A stretch of DNA of 62,548 nt, filler included, from Sluysia triapertura (GCA_046118255.1; 5 parts of 5 records of this genome joined end to end with filler, not necessarily neighbours in it), one strand, 5' to 3'; positions 1 to 12,007 are shown, numbered from the whole stretch's first letter. Translations and numbers: made by a program. Notes: generated by a model not told the origin, from the sequence alone.

Positions 1-201
1 AATATATTTAATAATTTGACTATTAAAACTATCGAAATTCCTTTAAGCCATTTTGAGTCGCAAAAGCTAGTAATTTTCAAAGACGCAACAATATAATAAA
101 AATCAAATTATTGTTGGCAGATTTTAGAGACAACAATCTGCCCAATTTATTTTTAAAATATTTTTATTCTAAACTTTCTGGATATCAAATTTCTTTTTGG
201 T

Positions 202-533
202 TGTTGCGTCACTCCTGGTTGTTTTCTTTTAATTAGATTTTAGTGTCTTTAATTTTATTATAAACATTTTTATGTCATTTTTGTCATTTTAGTGATTATC
301 AGCATCATTAATAATAAATTGTATTACGAATTTTTGTTTAATGCTACATTATCGATTTAGTTTTGATTTTGATTCCAAGAGCTTAAATTTGGGATAATAG
401 TTATAGATATAGTTACAAAAGTAGATCACGGTAAAATTATACTTGATATACTAACTATTGAAATTATTAAAGTTTAAACTGATCAAGATAATAATAGTGA
501 TTTTTATATTTAACAAATTTTAAAGACGCAACA
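202..533 (+). mobile_element. LTR-like/TIR-bounded cassette, copy A (TG...CA ends, 9-bp inverted termini)
   Basis: Starts TGTTGCGTC (202) and ends GACGCAACA (525-533). The internal motif tatacttgat..tattgaaat recurs in the copies at 4082, 53035 and ~56530. Another 3' end of the same cassette lies at 1-90. No TSD seen. Confidence 0.6.
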
Positions 534-1950
534 TTATCAATATCAAAAAAATCAGAATAATAATAGTACTTGAATATTTTAGGATAATTTTATTTTAACT
601 TAATAACAGTTAATATTATAAAATAATTTGGACAAGGATCCTCCCAAAAAGTCAATCTATCATTATCAAAAAATATACTAATAATAACAAAAGTCAACTA
701 AAGACTCCCCCAAAAAAGTTATTTTTAATAATAATTAAAATAATAAAATTGAAATAAAAAAATTAAAAACCATTCCATAGTCATGGTTTTTCTTAATAAT
801 TTTTTATTAGCTGATTATATGATTGTGTAGTAAATTTTTTAAGCTTTTCATTTTATACTTACTTATCATTCAATCAATTCTGAGTGTCACAGCCAAACAT
901 ATTTTCATATAAATCATCTAAACCTCTTTGAGAATTAGACAGACAATACCAACTTTGAAAATTACATGGTACATTCTGTCAAACTTCATTAGGTACGAAA
1001 ATTTGATTAATGATCAACTATTTCTTTTACTCTACTTGATCTTTTATTACTTAAATTACTTCTCGCAATAAAATAACAATCAACAATATTGTTATTCAAC
1101 ACAAAAGTGTTGAATTAAATTTCGCTTTATAGAATTTAATTGATTTTTTGATTGTTCAAACCCAACTTTCAAACCCAACTTTCAAACCCAACTTTCAAAC
1201 CCAACTTTTTCTCAAAGAAGCCACTCTACAAACATTTCAAACTCACTTTCACATTCTTTCCTCTCATAGCAATCATCTCATAATTAATTCATTATATTTT
1301 CATCATTCTAAATATAAAAATCCAAACATCCATAATTAAGAATTAATTAAAATTTGACTTTGCTCAATATTAAGGCTTTCCTTGCATGAATTCAATCAAA
1401 CCACACTTTCATCGAAAGGTCTTTTTAAAAAAAATACATAAACAGTTTCTACTTTAGCATAGAATTTCATATTTAAACTTTATTCACAAAAAACCTATGT
1501 TTTTTTTAATTAAGTTAATTAAAATTTTAATTAATTAATCTATTTTTAGACTTAATCTTATTTTTGTGTTTAAAGGTTAAGATTCTAAAACTGTTTTGTA
1601 CTTTATAAGGTACTCAGGAGGTAACGGATACCTCTTTCTATTTCTTTATGCTAATTATTATCATATTAAACTTATTTTTAATATTATTAACAATGATTTT
1701 ATTTCTCAAATATTTTAAAGATTTCAACTACTTTATAGGGTTACGCAAAGGTCTCCAGTGCCTTTTGAAGGACTTAAAGATTCTTAACTATTACTGCGGT
1801 CTCAGATGATTTCAAGGTTCACAAATTCAGATGTTTCTCAATAAGGTCTCAACACCTTATAAAGTTTTTCGAAATTCTAATATATTCTTCGACTGTTAAC
1901 ATTATCATAAATTCTTTCATCCTCATTTTTACTCCAACAATGTTTATAAT
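534..1950 (+). repeat. Long dispersed non-coding repeat (arm sequence), unclassified
   Basis: Shares blocks (cctcccaaaaa, tagtcatgg, aatcatc..aacctcttt, gatcaactat..ctctact, ctttgctcaata, ggtactcagg) with 22860-23650 (+), 33230-33480 (-), 53336-53720 (+) and 55300-56000 (-). Boundaries approximate. Confidence 0.7.
1155..1206 (+). repeat. 13-bp tandem repeat (TTCAAACCCAACT)x4
   Basis: Four consecutive exact units visible. Confidence 0.9.
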
Positions 1951-2235
1951 GTTCTATTCAATATTTTGTTTAGAGATTTGATAAGTGGCCTTAAATTTAT
2001 ATTAATATCGTAAATAAAAATTAAATGATTATTGAATGAAATAAAATTATTATAAAATTCTAATTTAATCGTTAAAAGGTTGTTATAGTTCAATCTATTT
2101 AATTCAGATAATATCATAACTTTAGTAAACTTCCAATGGTTATTTTTAAAGAAAAAATAATTAAAGTAATATCGGAGACATGTATTATACATAAAGTTTA
2201 TCCATTTAATAAAAAATGGTTTCATTAAACAAAAA

Positions 2236-2804
2236 TTATGTAACAATAAATGTTGTTGCATCTTTGAACATGTTAGGATCCATACACTAGGACGATACTA
2301 AACACATATGAACACAATAAAAAGAAAGAATGGTAATCATCAAAATGTAATAGTAAATACAAAAAATAATAATACACCTTCAAATAAATATACTTATTAA
2401 GAACATGGCGTGAAACAGTTATGTGCAGACGCATATTTGAATTAATTTGATGTCGATGGCTGGTGTTTGCAGAAACCGCTGTTTGACCAGATTCACTGAA
2501 CAAGCTTGAAATATATACTGACTCATGAATACTGCTTATGAAATTTGTTGCATTTATATGTATAGATTGATCTGGTATAATTAATGATAAGACTTCATAT
2601 GACGCACTCACTATCTGGTATTAGAGAATCTGACAATGTTGAATAAGTATATACTCCTTTAAATTCAATATACATAGTTAACGATTCTTTTCGAAACATT
2701 ACAGGACTAATGATACTATTATCAATTGCTGTATGAACTTTAGTTTTAGTTTTCTTAATAGAGACTGCCATTAATAATCGCCGTACAGACTGAGTGTAAT
2801 GCAT
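2236..2804 (-). CDS. Putative small multi-exon gene, product unidentified
   Basis: ORFs 2595-2813 and 2273-2611 join in frame across a 40-nt GTGAGT...CCAG intron (..LIPD/NQSIHINATNF..). GC is higher than the flanks. The last exon is ambiguous (possibly CMDPNMFKDATTFIVT*). No motif recognised. Confidence 0.4.
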
Positions 2805-2865
2805 AAAATTCAATTTGATAAAAATTGTTTTTAATCAATATTAGTTTTAAAAAGTGTTTTATTAT

Positions 2866-2956
2866 TTTGAATAGAAGTTATTAATATTAGCAAGAGGCTA
2901 CAGACGATTTCGACCAATAAATAACGAAGCCGATACCAACGAACTCACTAGCCAAT
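2866..2956. promoter_or_regulatory. Candidate promoter: two CCAAT boxes plus a TTTGAA (CHR-like) hexamer
   Basis: GACCAATA (CCAAT at 2914) and AGCCAATA (CCAAT at 2952) are 38 bp apart; TTTGAA is at 2866-2871, just upstream of the minus-strand ORF starts. Short motifs in AT-rich DNA can occur by chance. Confidence 0.3.
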
Positions 2957-4081
2957 AAAAAGAGCTGCATCCATTAAAATCAACTATTTTGTTGCTGTAT
3001 CAAATCCAAAAATTAATTACAGCATCTATCATATGTTGACAGAAAACAAAGTTGACAGTGTAATGATAATTAAAATGATGATAATAATAATGGTGATAAA
3101 GATAATAATGTAATTAATAATAATAATAATGCAATAATAATAATAAAGTAAAATAAAATTAATAATAATAATAAAATAAAATAAAAATACATAAATTCTT
3201 GTTTCTTTTACATATTTCTCTTTCTATTTTGATATCTTTAAAACATTAAGATCTTTATTTTTGAGCATTTCTTTAAAATTAATATTTATGTATTTTTCTT
3301 TAAAACTTAATTCTCTTTCATTATTCTTAGAAATTCTTAAAATACTATGAGCTTCTCAGGTTGTGCTGATAAATATTTGTTAAAGGAGAGTTGTATGTTA
3401 TAATAAAATAAAAGAAATATGAAAAAGAAGCATAATAGAAAGTTAATAAAGCTGAAGGTGTTACAAGAAGTTCCACTTATTTTATTAATATTTTGATATT
3501 TAAAATGTAAATTTAATGATTTTTGATGCAGTGAATAGTTTAAGTATGATGATGTATTAAAATTTTGTTTGAGTAAGTTGGCCACCACATTTTGTATCAA
3601 TTCTTGCTGCATTGGTTATTATAATAGTTCTATTATAATTCTCACTCATTTTCTGATCAACAGTTTAGCAATTCCAGCATTTTAAGAACAGACAATATTT
3701 TAATTCTAGTATCAAACTGGCATTTTAGGAATTATTTTTGAGCGATCATTTGCATTATATAAGGATATATTAATAAGTTATTTATTTTAATTTCGAGAAT
3801 ATACACTGAGTCTTCATTTCTCTGTGATTTATTATAAAAATTAAACTCTCATTTTGAAATCCTTAATTAAAATAAGGAAACATTTGATAATAAAAAAGAA
3901 TCATTATGCCTAACTTAAGCCATAATCTGTTTTATTAAAGTAAATTTTTAAGATAAATCCTATAAACACGTCTTTCATAAGAATATAAATTCTAAAATGA
4001 TATTTTTGTTAATATTGATGTTCAATTGGCTGGCGTTTTTATTATATTTATTTTGTTAAATACGGTCATTAACATTTTACA

Positions 4082-4308
4082 TGTTGCGTCATCCCTGGAT
4101 TTTTAGTACTGTATTTTATTAATTGATTGTGCAAAGACATTAATTTATAACTGAGAATTAGTATTTGTTATGTGAATATTGAGATTATATTGTGATTAAA
4201 GCATGCTTAATAATTTATACCTGTTTTGTAATCACTAAAAATGTTTCGAGATTTCAGACTAATTTAATTATTGAGTTATCGTTAATGATTTTTTATAACG
4301 ACACAACT
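4082..4308 (+). mobile_element. Solo, shortened copy of the TGTTGCGTC cassette
   Basis: Starts TGTTGCGTCATCCCTGG and ends degenerate GACACAAC; contains the gtgaatattgaga core; no arm sequence on either side. Confidence 0.5.
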
Positions 4309-4328
4309 TATTTAAGAAATCTTTCAAA

Positions 4329-4475
4329 CAGTGGCGTGTCAAAGGGAGGGAAAAACCTCGATGCCCCCCAAAAACCACCAATAGTCAAAAACACTATACA
4401 TTGACTATACATTTATTTCTTTTTCTATTTTTTCTAGAAGCAATGCTGTGGTCCGGAGCATCTGTCCTGCCACTG
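4329..4475. mobile_element. 147-bp non-autonomous hAT-type MITE
   Basis: Termini CAGTGGC...GCCACTG are flanked by a perfect 8-bp direct repeat CTTTCAAA (4321-4328 and 4476-4483). An 8-bp TSD with CAG ends is typical of hAT. Confidence 0.85.
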
Positions 4476-4619
4476 CTTTCAAACGGCATTAATATTTAAT
4501 TTTGCTGAAAAGCTTCCAGATTATACATACTGTTTTTATGGAAGAATTAAAAAATTTTCATATGCATTTTTGCATTATGAATTTTTAATATACATATTTG
4601 ACCAAAAAATCACAGTTTA

Positions 4620-5617
4620 TACTAAGCTTGGTCAAACGTGATCAACATGCAAATTTCATAAACTACTAGATAATTAAAACAAATGAATCACTTTTATTCA
4701 TCCGAATGTGGCAATGATTGACATAGGTTACATAATAGGTTCGCAAAATGAGTTTTACATACAAATTCAGCGCAATTGGAACATTTTAAACCAACTTTTG
4801 CAGGTTTTGCTTTACCTTATAATGAAACACCTACCACGAATGGTGCTTGTTCTTGTCTTTTACTCGGATGAATTACGTAAACACATAAACTAATCATCAC
4901 CTAAGTGCTAATGCAAGTTCATGTAGGAAAATTTTCTTCTATTATCCAGATTATTCTTCTATTCCGGATTTGATGATATACAGAGAACGTAGCTATTGAG
5001 ATACTGCTGAATACTGCCTTGCCATTTGATCTATTACATCTACTCCGACTTTCGTTTGATTGCGATAGATGATTGTTTTTGGTTTCTGTTTTTCACCATC
5101 GAAATTGACAATTGTATGATGCATTGTAGATAAAAACAAAATCCACTTATTTCGGTTTGCACAATATGACAAAAGCGTATTGGCGCTTCTAACTGAGTTA
5201 GCTTGGAAAATATGCATACTGATGAATATAAAGCTCTGTCATTGACATTTGTAATTTATTATGGACGATACTTTCTATGTTTTTGTATTGAGCCAACAAC
5301 TGCAAGACCATAATTGTGCCATGCGCATCTGCAAGATCAACTGAGGTGTAGTAGCGATCCATCGTGACACTTTGCGAAGTTTTCTTCATGAATTCAACCA
5401 AACAACATCATAAACGCTTGTATGACAGATTTACGTTTCTTCCAACACATGGCTCCATCGATTAGAAGTGTCACCTAATATTCGAATAAGCATACCGTAT
5501 TTACCCGGCTTTTCCATTAGAACTTATATAAACTTACAAAAGTATTATTTTCATCTTGTTCAATTTGATGAATTTATGAGGCTAATTCTTGACCAAGCTT
5601 GGTAGCTTGAGGGTTAA
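4620..5617 (-). mobile_element. Degenerate, internally deleted piggyBac element
   Basis: Transposase motifs VTMDRYYTSVDLA and KPKTIIYRNQTKVGVDVIDQM, with frameshifts and stops. Right end AGGG|TTAA at 5610-5617. Inverted repeat AAGCTTGGTCAA (4624-4635) / TTGACCAAGCTT (5589-5600). Outer part of the left TIR is lost. Confidence 0.9.
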
Positions 5618-5967
5618 AAGCATCAATTTTAATTTTAAACCTCTGAATAAAAAATTGAAATATTTCGAAAAAGTATTTAACATACATATTTTTAATTTCT
5701 CAAATCCATTTTATTATATTTTGTTAAAATTATTTTTACCATAAATCAATAAATATTTTTTACAATTAATATACATAATTTAAAGAATTTTTAGTCGTTT
5801 TCTTTAAATATTTTTAAAATATATTAAAGATCACTCAAAAATAATTTCTAAGTTTATTTTTTAATACAAAATCGAAGCATTATGTTAATATAAAATTATA
5901 TTCTTTTTTTATATCTGTTATTACTTTTTATTTCAATAGAAATTTGGGATTTTTTAAATATATAAGA

Positions 5968-8900
5968 ATGACCTTGAATAACAAATCTGGCTTTTTTCTT
6001 TCTGAAGTAAAAAATTTAAAATCGCTCCATGTTTCACAATTATCTTTATCTGGTTATACATTCAAAACATCATTTATAAATTAATTTTAGATATTTTGTC
6101 TGATTGTAATGATGAACTTTTTGAATCAGTTCAAGTAAAAAATTATTTTTCATTTGAAAATTTTTAAATTGTTAGTTTAATTTTATGTTTGACATCCAAT
6201 GGATGTTAAAAAATTATCCATCAAAATATCGGTATTTTACTTACTATTTACTATTTTTTTTATTAGAAATCGAAATATTTTATTAGTTTCTGGTGACAAT
6301 TTGAAAACCGATGAAATATATCAATCAAATATTGAAACTGTCCGAGCTAAATTACCTTTTGAATATGGAACTCATCATACGTTAGTTGAGTAATATTCAT
6401 TAAACATAGCCTAATTAGATTTAATTTTATAAATGTTATGAAATCAGTACAGTTGGTCAACCTTTTTATTCGATTATACACTTTTTGAAGTGAAGTATTA
6501 ACTTTCTAAAACCATAAGTTGTCTTACGTATTTCAGCTTTTGTATTTGATGGAATCTTTAATTTTGCATTTACACTATTAACTTTTGGGCAACTCGCAGC
6601 GATAAATTATATTCGTTTAAGTTGAAATATTTAATACTTTATTTATGTTTGGTTAGTTATTTTAATTAAACGACAATATTATTTTTGTAGTTTTTTAGTT
6701 TTTTTGAACTTTTGAAAACTGAATTGATGAAGTGGTTTGAGTTTAAATTGAATGAAGAAAAGAAATAATTCAAAATTAAGTTGTACGTGGAAAATTTTAG
6801 TCGTAACTATCAATTCAGATTATAATAATGGTTTATTGTACTCAATTACTTATAAAAAGAGTGCGAAAGTTGCAATTAATATTGAATCAATCGACAAAAC
6901 TAAAAATAAAGTATATAACAAATTATCTTAAAGGATTACAATAGAAAGAAAAGTAGAATTTAAAATATTGACGGTAATTTAAAAATGCTTACGTTAGTGA
7001 AGTCCTGAATATCTCTTTGGATAAAATATTACCTCTATTCTGGGATAGACAGAAATTTTTGAAGTTTACGACTATAAAACGTATTACTTTTGGGCACTAA
7101 CGGCATTCTAACTTAATTTTCATTAAATATTTTGAAATCTCTTCGAGTCATCATAATGTAAAGTAAAATTATACTTCATATTCAGTAAGATGATGCTTCT
7201 CTTGTACAGATCTGGATTAAGAGTTGTCATAATGACGGCGAATATGATTCCAGAAGATTGGGAATTGAAAACGCAAGGGTTAGAAATTTGTTATTACGAT
7301 TATAATTTTAAATATCCAATCTAATTAAATATATTTAAAACTTTGTCAAATAAGATTTTACCAAGCACATCGAGAACTTCTAAACTTTATTACTTCGTCT
7401 TCGCAATTTTTGTAAAGATAAACGATATCTTCTCATAAATCTACAGTAGCATGAAACGTAGTTTTTTGACTAAATCTAAAGCTCGTGAATGATGATTTTT
7501 CGATTAAGTCACTTATCGAAGTCACTTAATATTACGAAAATCTTAATATTTCAAACATAATTTTATCGAAAATAAATTTTATAATTACGAAGTGAGAGTT
7601 GAAATAAAATCTCCTTAATTTTTACTATTTGGCTTTGAGATTGAGATAAATCTTAATCGAAATTCGAAACTGATGTATATTATAACTTATAAAAAGTTAT
7701 TTTGGAAGTTATAAAATTCATTTGACAGATAAATGTACGCTGACTTATGAAACTTTATGAAATCTTACTTCAATTCAAGTCAAGATTATTTTTACGAGTA
7801 TATTATAAGAATAAACAACATTACCGTTACTTAACAAATCGCAATGATAATTAGTCTTCTCTCGAAAATGAGACTTTCAAATTTATCTTCATTTCCTTCA
7901 TAACATCAACATCAATATACTATTCCATTGCATTGAGACTAATTTATATACTTGCTGCACCAATAATTCATAATTCAGAATATGGATGAGTCCGGTCCTC
8001 CCGAAAACATCGTGTGATTCTTTGAATTGCGACTCCACAACGGAATTCCGTTCAGATTTAATCGATTATTTAAAGTCATACCAGTTGTCGATCTTGTCAC
8101 CATGGATAGAAACGATACAACAACATGATTTTCGATCTGTCAATGTCTTCTTCATTTCTTCGTCTCCAGGAAGATGGTCAGGACAATGTCTGGCACGCTT
8201 TGGACACTTAAAATTGAAAAAGGTTTGTTTTAGTACAGATATATGACGTGAAATCATTCAGAGGTCATTGTTCCAAATTACAAAAACAGCTGAAATGTCG
8301 TTTCCTGGTGTGGGGAGGGCTTTTTATCTTTTAAAATTCGCAAATTATAATTATTTTTGTTTATTTCTTTTCTTTTATAACAATTATTCGAAACATGAAA
8401 CTTTGAAACAATTAACAAAATATTAAACTTTTTTATTAATGAACTAGGCTTAAGGCCTTTTAAAGATAACAATTTTAACAAAATATCAACAAGGTTTAAA
8501 AGTTTATTAATAAAACAATAAAATGTTGTAAAAACACATAATCATACTTATGATAATTGAAAAGAGTTGGTGGTAAGTACAAGTCACACCGTGTGAATAT
8601 ACGGACGATGCGTTTCCTTTTTAACAGCATATCTTCTTAAATATTTCATTGCTAAGAGAAATCTTTCCTCCTTTATCATCACCAGACCAATAACACTATT
8701 CACCAATGTACTAAATTTGAAAGTAATCATAATTAAAAAACAAAAATCATAACAATCATAAAATACAGTTGCATTCGCGACACACGGATTTACTAATGTA
8801 CAGTTTGAATATGCTTTTACCAAATCTAAATAATATCCTGATGTGCACGATTGATGATCATTTACAACTAAACAAGAGGTTGGAGAGTTACTGCAATTTA

Positions 8901-11328
8901 AATAATGTAGTGAAGTAAAGTCTAGAAACTCAATAATTATATATAACATTAGCATTGCTCAATTCATGATTTACTTACAATTATAAAATCAATATTTTTT
9001 ATTTTTTATTTTATCTTTAAATTTTCAGGAATTTGAATTATATTTCATTTATTTGTAATTTGGCCATTGCCGTCAGATTTAATAGATTCTTTAGATATTT
9101 CAGAAGAAACATCTTGATCCACTTTATCCTCATTTGGCTAATCATAATCGTCATCAGCTGATTTTTCGAATGTGGTAAACTCACAGAAATCTTTGTAACT
9201 AATATAACCATTTTCTTTCTTATCTAAGTAGTTAATAAGTATGTTGCCTTCGTTTTCTGTCATATCAAAATCGATATCTTGTAATGATAATATAAAATCG
9301 CTTATAGTTAACTGCATGTTTCGAGCACCATCGAAATGTTTGGAATAATCAAGTAATCTGACAATATTTTCAGTCTTTTGACAGGATGAATACTAGATGA
9401 TGATGGACTTGGAGGTTTCTTGGAACCAGTTAAAATAACTAGATAAGTTGGTGTCGTCATTTGTAAATCTATAAAGTCTTGATTTATGCGAATGTCCTCA
9501 AAATCCAATAATTTGATTGCCGAGTTTGAGTTTCATAAAATCGATTTTAATGTAGCATAGCACCCAGCAATTTGCATTGGATTTTTACCCTTATTTAGCA
9601 CTTTCAATTTCGTATTAGCTGCCAATCCTCTTCCTAATAAAACAGCACCTTCTGTAGTGATTCGGTTATTAGATAAATCCAATTATTCTAAAATATTGTT
9701 CACTTTTAACATTTTTTCAAAATCTTGCATAGACAAACTAGATCCAAATCCGTTCCATCCCAAATTTAATTTTTCAATGCTTAAGTTATCACATGTTTCT
9801 TCTTTTAAATTAAAAACTAGTGCAAGTTTACATAAACCAAATATCCATAAAGTGAATAACTTCATTAAACAATTTACAAGAATAGCATTTGTTTCTGAAA
9901 TACTGACTGGATATGTTTCGTCGATACATTCTCGATTTTCAAATGCTTCTTCCAAAGATAAATCATAATTCCAATCTTTATGAAATGAATTGTTCCAAAC
10001 ATACTATTCTGTGATTATATTTTCATGCTCGAATAATTTGTGCAATCTTTTAAAAGTAATTCCGGTACTAGATACATAAAGAATAGTTTCAAATAACAAT
10101 TTACCACGTATTATATTTGCTGCTTTGATAATTTGTGATAGAGGTACACAAATTAATAAGAAAACATTTCTCTACTATTCATGATCCATCTTTATCGATT
10201 ACAATCGGTGTGTCAACCTGAGAGTTAAGATAATCAAAATTTCGCGTATATACATAAATATTTTCCGGAGGATTTATTTTACAATCTAATAATTCACTAA
10301 TTACACCATTTCTAAGTCGTCCATAACCAATAACACCTAACTTAAGTACTTCAGAAAGATTAACTTCAGCATTTAAAGGAAATTTTGTAAAATTAATAGC
10401 GTCACCTCTATTTAAAATGATTAGAATCGCACATACATAAATGTATACATACATATATACATGTTCAGAAGAACAAAAGAATAAGAAGAAAGGTTTATGG
10501 CAAAGATAAGAGAAACAATAATGATAACAATAACGTATTTATTATATATTTTTAGATAATGGTGTTGATGATGTTGCGGTGTTATTATATTATACGACAA
10601 TAATCATGATTATTATATATTTTAATTCGACTGGAATTATAATAACAATAGCTATAGTTCATGAGAATTATGTACAATGGTTATGAGTCTAGTAGTTTGC
10701 TTAATTTTATATGATTTCCCTACACCTGGTATCCGAAAAACGAAATTTTACTGAAATCCTTGGGTTTCCGAAAAGCGGATATCACCAGTCTGGCTAGGCA
10801 ATGCAGCAGATTATCCATTAAATCATCCTTTAATATACAAAGGGACCATACGCTTCATTTTGAATCCATTTAATTTTATTTTCAATTAATAAAAAATAAA
10901 ATTTCTTTTTCTTTTCAATCTTTTCTGAATTGGTTCAATTATTTTCTCTTGTTTTCTCTCTTATTTAATAAGGTAAGAATGTTTCATATTATCCATCTTT
11001 TACAATTAATTTATCTCCTATTCTAGTAGATCGAGAACAACTCTGACAACAATGGCATCAGCACACTGTAAATTGTATATTCAGTGTTTGATTATAAATA
11101 ACAGTTTTGTTTCGTATTCTTGATTCATATTACTAACCAATAGGAATAATATAATTTACTTTTCAGATTCTTACCAAACAATCGTATCTTAATTCTGAAC
11201 AGGGTAAGCATCATTTCATCGCACAGTGTTCCAGCATTGGTTCTTTGGGAAAATTCGACAGTGATTGGTGGTGTGGTGAGTTCAGAGATTCTATTGGTTG
11301 TTCCATTCCAAATCAACATATGCATCTT
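5968..11328 (+). CDS. TDP1: Tyrosyl-DNA phosphodiesterase 1, partial; exons 5968-6052, 6091-6134, 6176-6231, 6267-6380, 7186-7278, 7979-8222, 11167-11328
   Basis: All introns are GT-AG with consistent phases. The spliced product contains [11 protein letters not shown], the first HKN motif [39 protein letters not shown], then [14 protein letters not shown] and [10 protein letters not shown]. Exons with the second HKN motif were not found (contig ends at 11901). Confidence 0.95.
8584..8955 (-). CDS. 123-aa Cys-rich ORF with hydrophobic N-terminus and second hydrophobic stretch, nested in TDP1 intron; may be a pseudogene
   Basis: 7 Cys in [18 protein letters not shown]; potential N-glycosylation sequons NCS/NCT/NAT. 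An upstream in-frame ATG is followed by TGA (MN*AMLM). Confidence 0.4.
   Translation of the reverse strand: MLMLYIIIEFLDFTSLHYLNCSNSPTSCLVVNDHQSCTSGYYLDLVKAYSNCTLVNPCVANATVFYDCYDFCFLIMITFKFSTLVNSVIGLVMIKEERFLLAMKYLRRYAVKKETHRPYIHTV
9027..9790 (-). pseudogene. LRRC74-like C-terminal fragment (RNI-type LRRs plus EF-hand region), with stops and frameshifts
   Basis: [73 protein letters not shown] and EF-hand-like [14 protein letters not shown]. No introns seen. Confidence 0.75.
9791..10410 (-). pseudogene. NOXRED1-like (NADP-dependent oxidoreductase domain) fragment, disrupted
   Basis: Rossmann-like start [25 protein letters not shown], then after a frameshift [45 protein letters not shown], matching the NOXRED1/P5CR-like pattern. 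Internal stops present. Confidence 0.65.
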
Positions 11329-11581
11329 GTGAGATTATTATTTTTATTATATAATATCTTCATAATTTTAATTTTTTTTATTTATTGATATTTGAAAGTA
11401 GTACATTTATACGAAGCACATTTTATTCTTAATTATAGATAATTATAATCAAAAAAGACCTTTTATTATATTTAAAAAAATTTTGAATTTCTAAAAGTTA
11501 ATATTTCTTGACATCGTAATTGATTTTTCGTGAGAAGGATATTTTAATATCGATTAAACTGAAGAGATATTTACACGATGA

Positions 11582-11612
<31 letters not shown>

Positions 11613-11901
11613 TGTAGTAGTAGTAGTAATAGCAGTTGTAGTAGTAGTAGTAGTTGTAATAGTAGTAGTAGTAGTATTAGTAGTTGNNNNNNNNNNNNNN
11701 NNNNNNNNNNNNNNNNNNNNNNNNNNNNNNNNNNNNNNNNNNNNNNNNNNNNNNNNNNNNNNNNNNNNNNNNNNNNNNNNNNNNNNNNNNNNNNNNNNNN
11801 NNNNNNNNNNNNNNNNNNNNNNNNNNNNNNTTGTAATAGTAGTAGTAGTAGTATTAGTAGTTGTAATAGTAGTAGTTGTAGTAGTAGTGGTAGTAGTAGT
11901 A
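11582..11901 (+). repeat. (AGT)n microsatellite with internal N gap (11687-11830)
   Basis: Direct observation; it produces the spurious poly-S and poly-V ORFs. Confidence 0.95.
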
Positions 11902-12001
11902 NNNNNNNNNNNNNNNNNNNNNNNNNNNNNNNNNNNNNNNNNNNNTTAATTAATTAANNNNNNNNNNNNNNNNNNNNNNNNNNNNNNNNNNNNNNNNNNN
12001 N
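11902..12001. other. Assembly spacer 44N+TTAATTAATTAA+44N (also 23963-24062, 35984-36083, 51249-51348)
   Basis: Four identical 100-nt constructs; the 12-mer has stops in all six frames. Confidence 0.97.
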
Positions 12002-12007
12002 AAAAAC

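Noticed and set aside
11946-11957. Palindromic TTAATTAATTAA recurring four times between N runs
   Set aside because: Identical 44N+12+44N layout each time; an artificial six-frame-stop spacer, not biology.
11520-11957. Poly-Ser and poly-Val ORFs
   Set aside because: Translation of an (AGT)n microsatellite and Ns.
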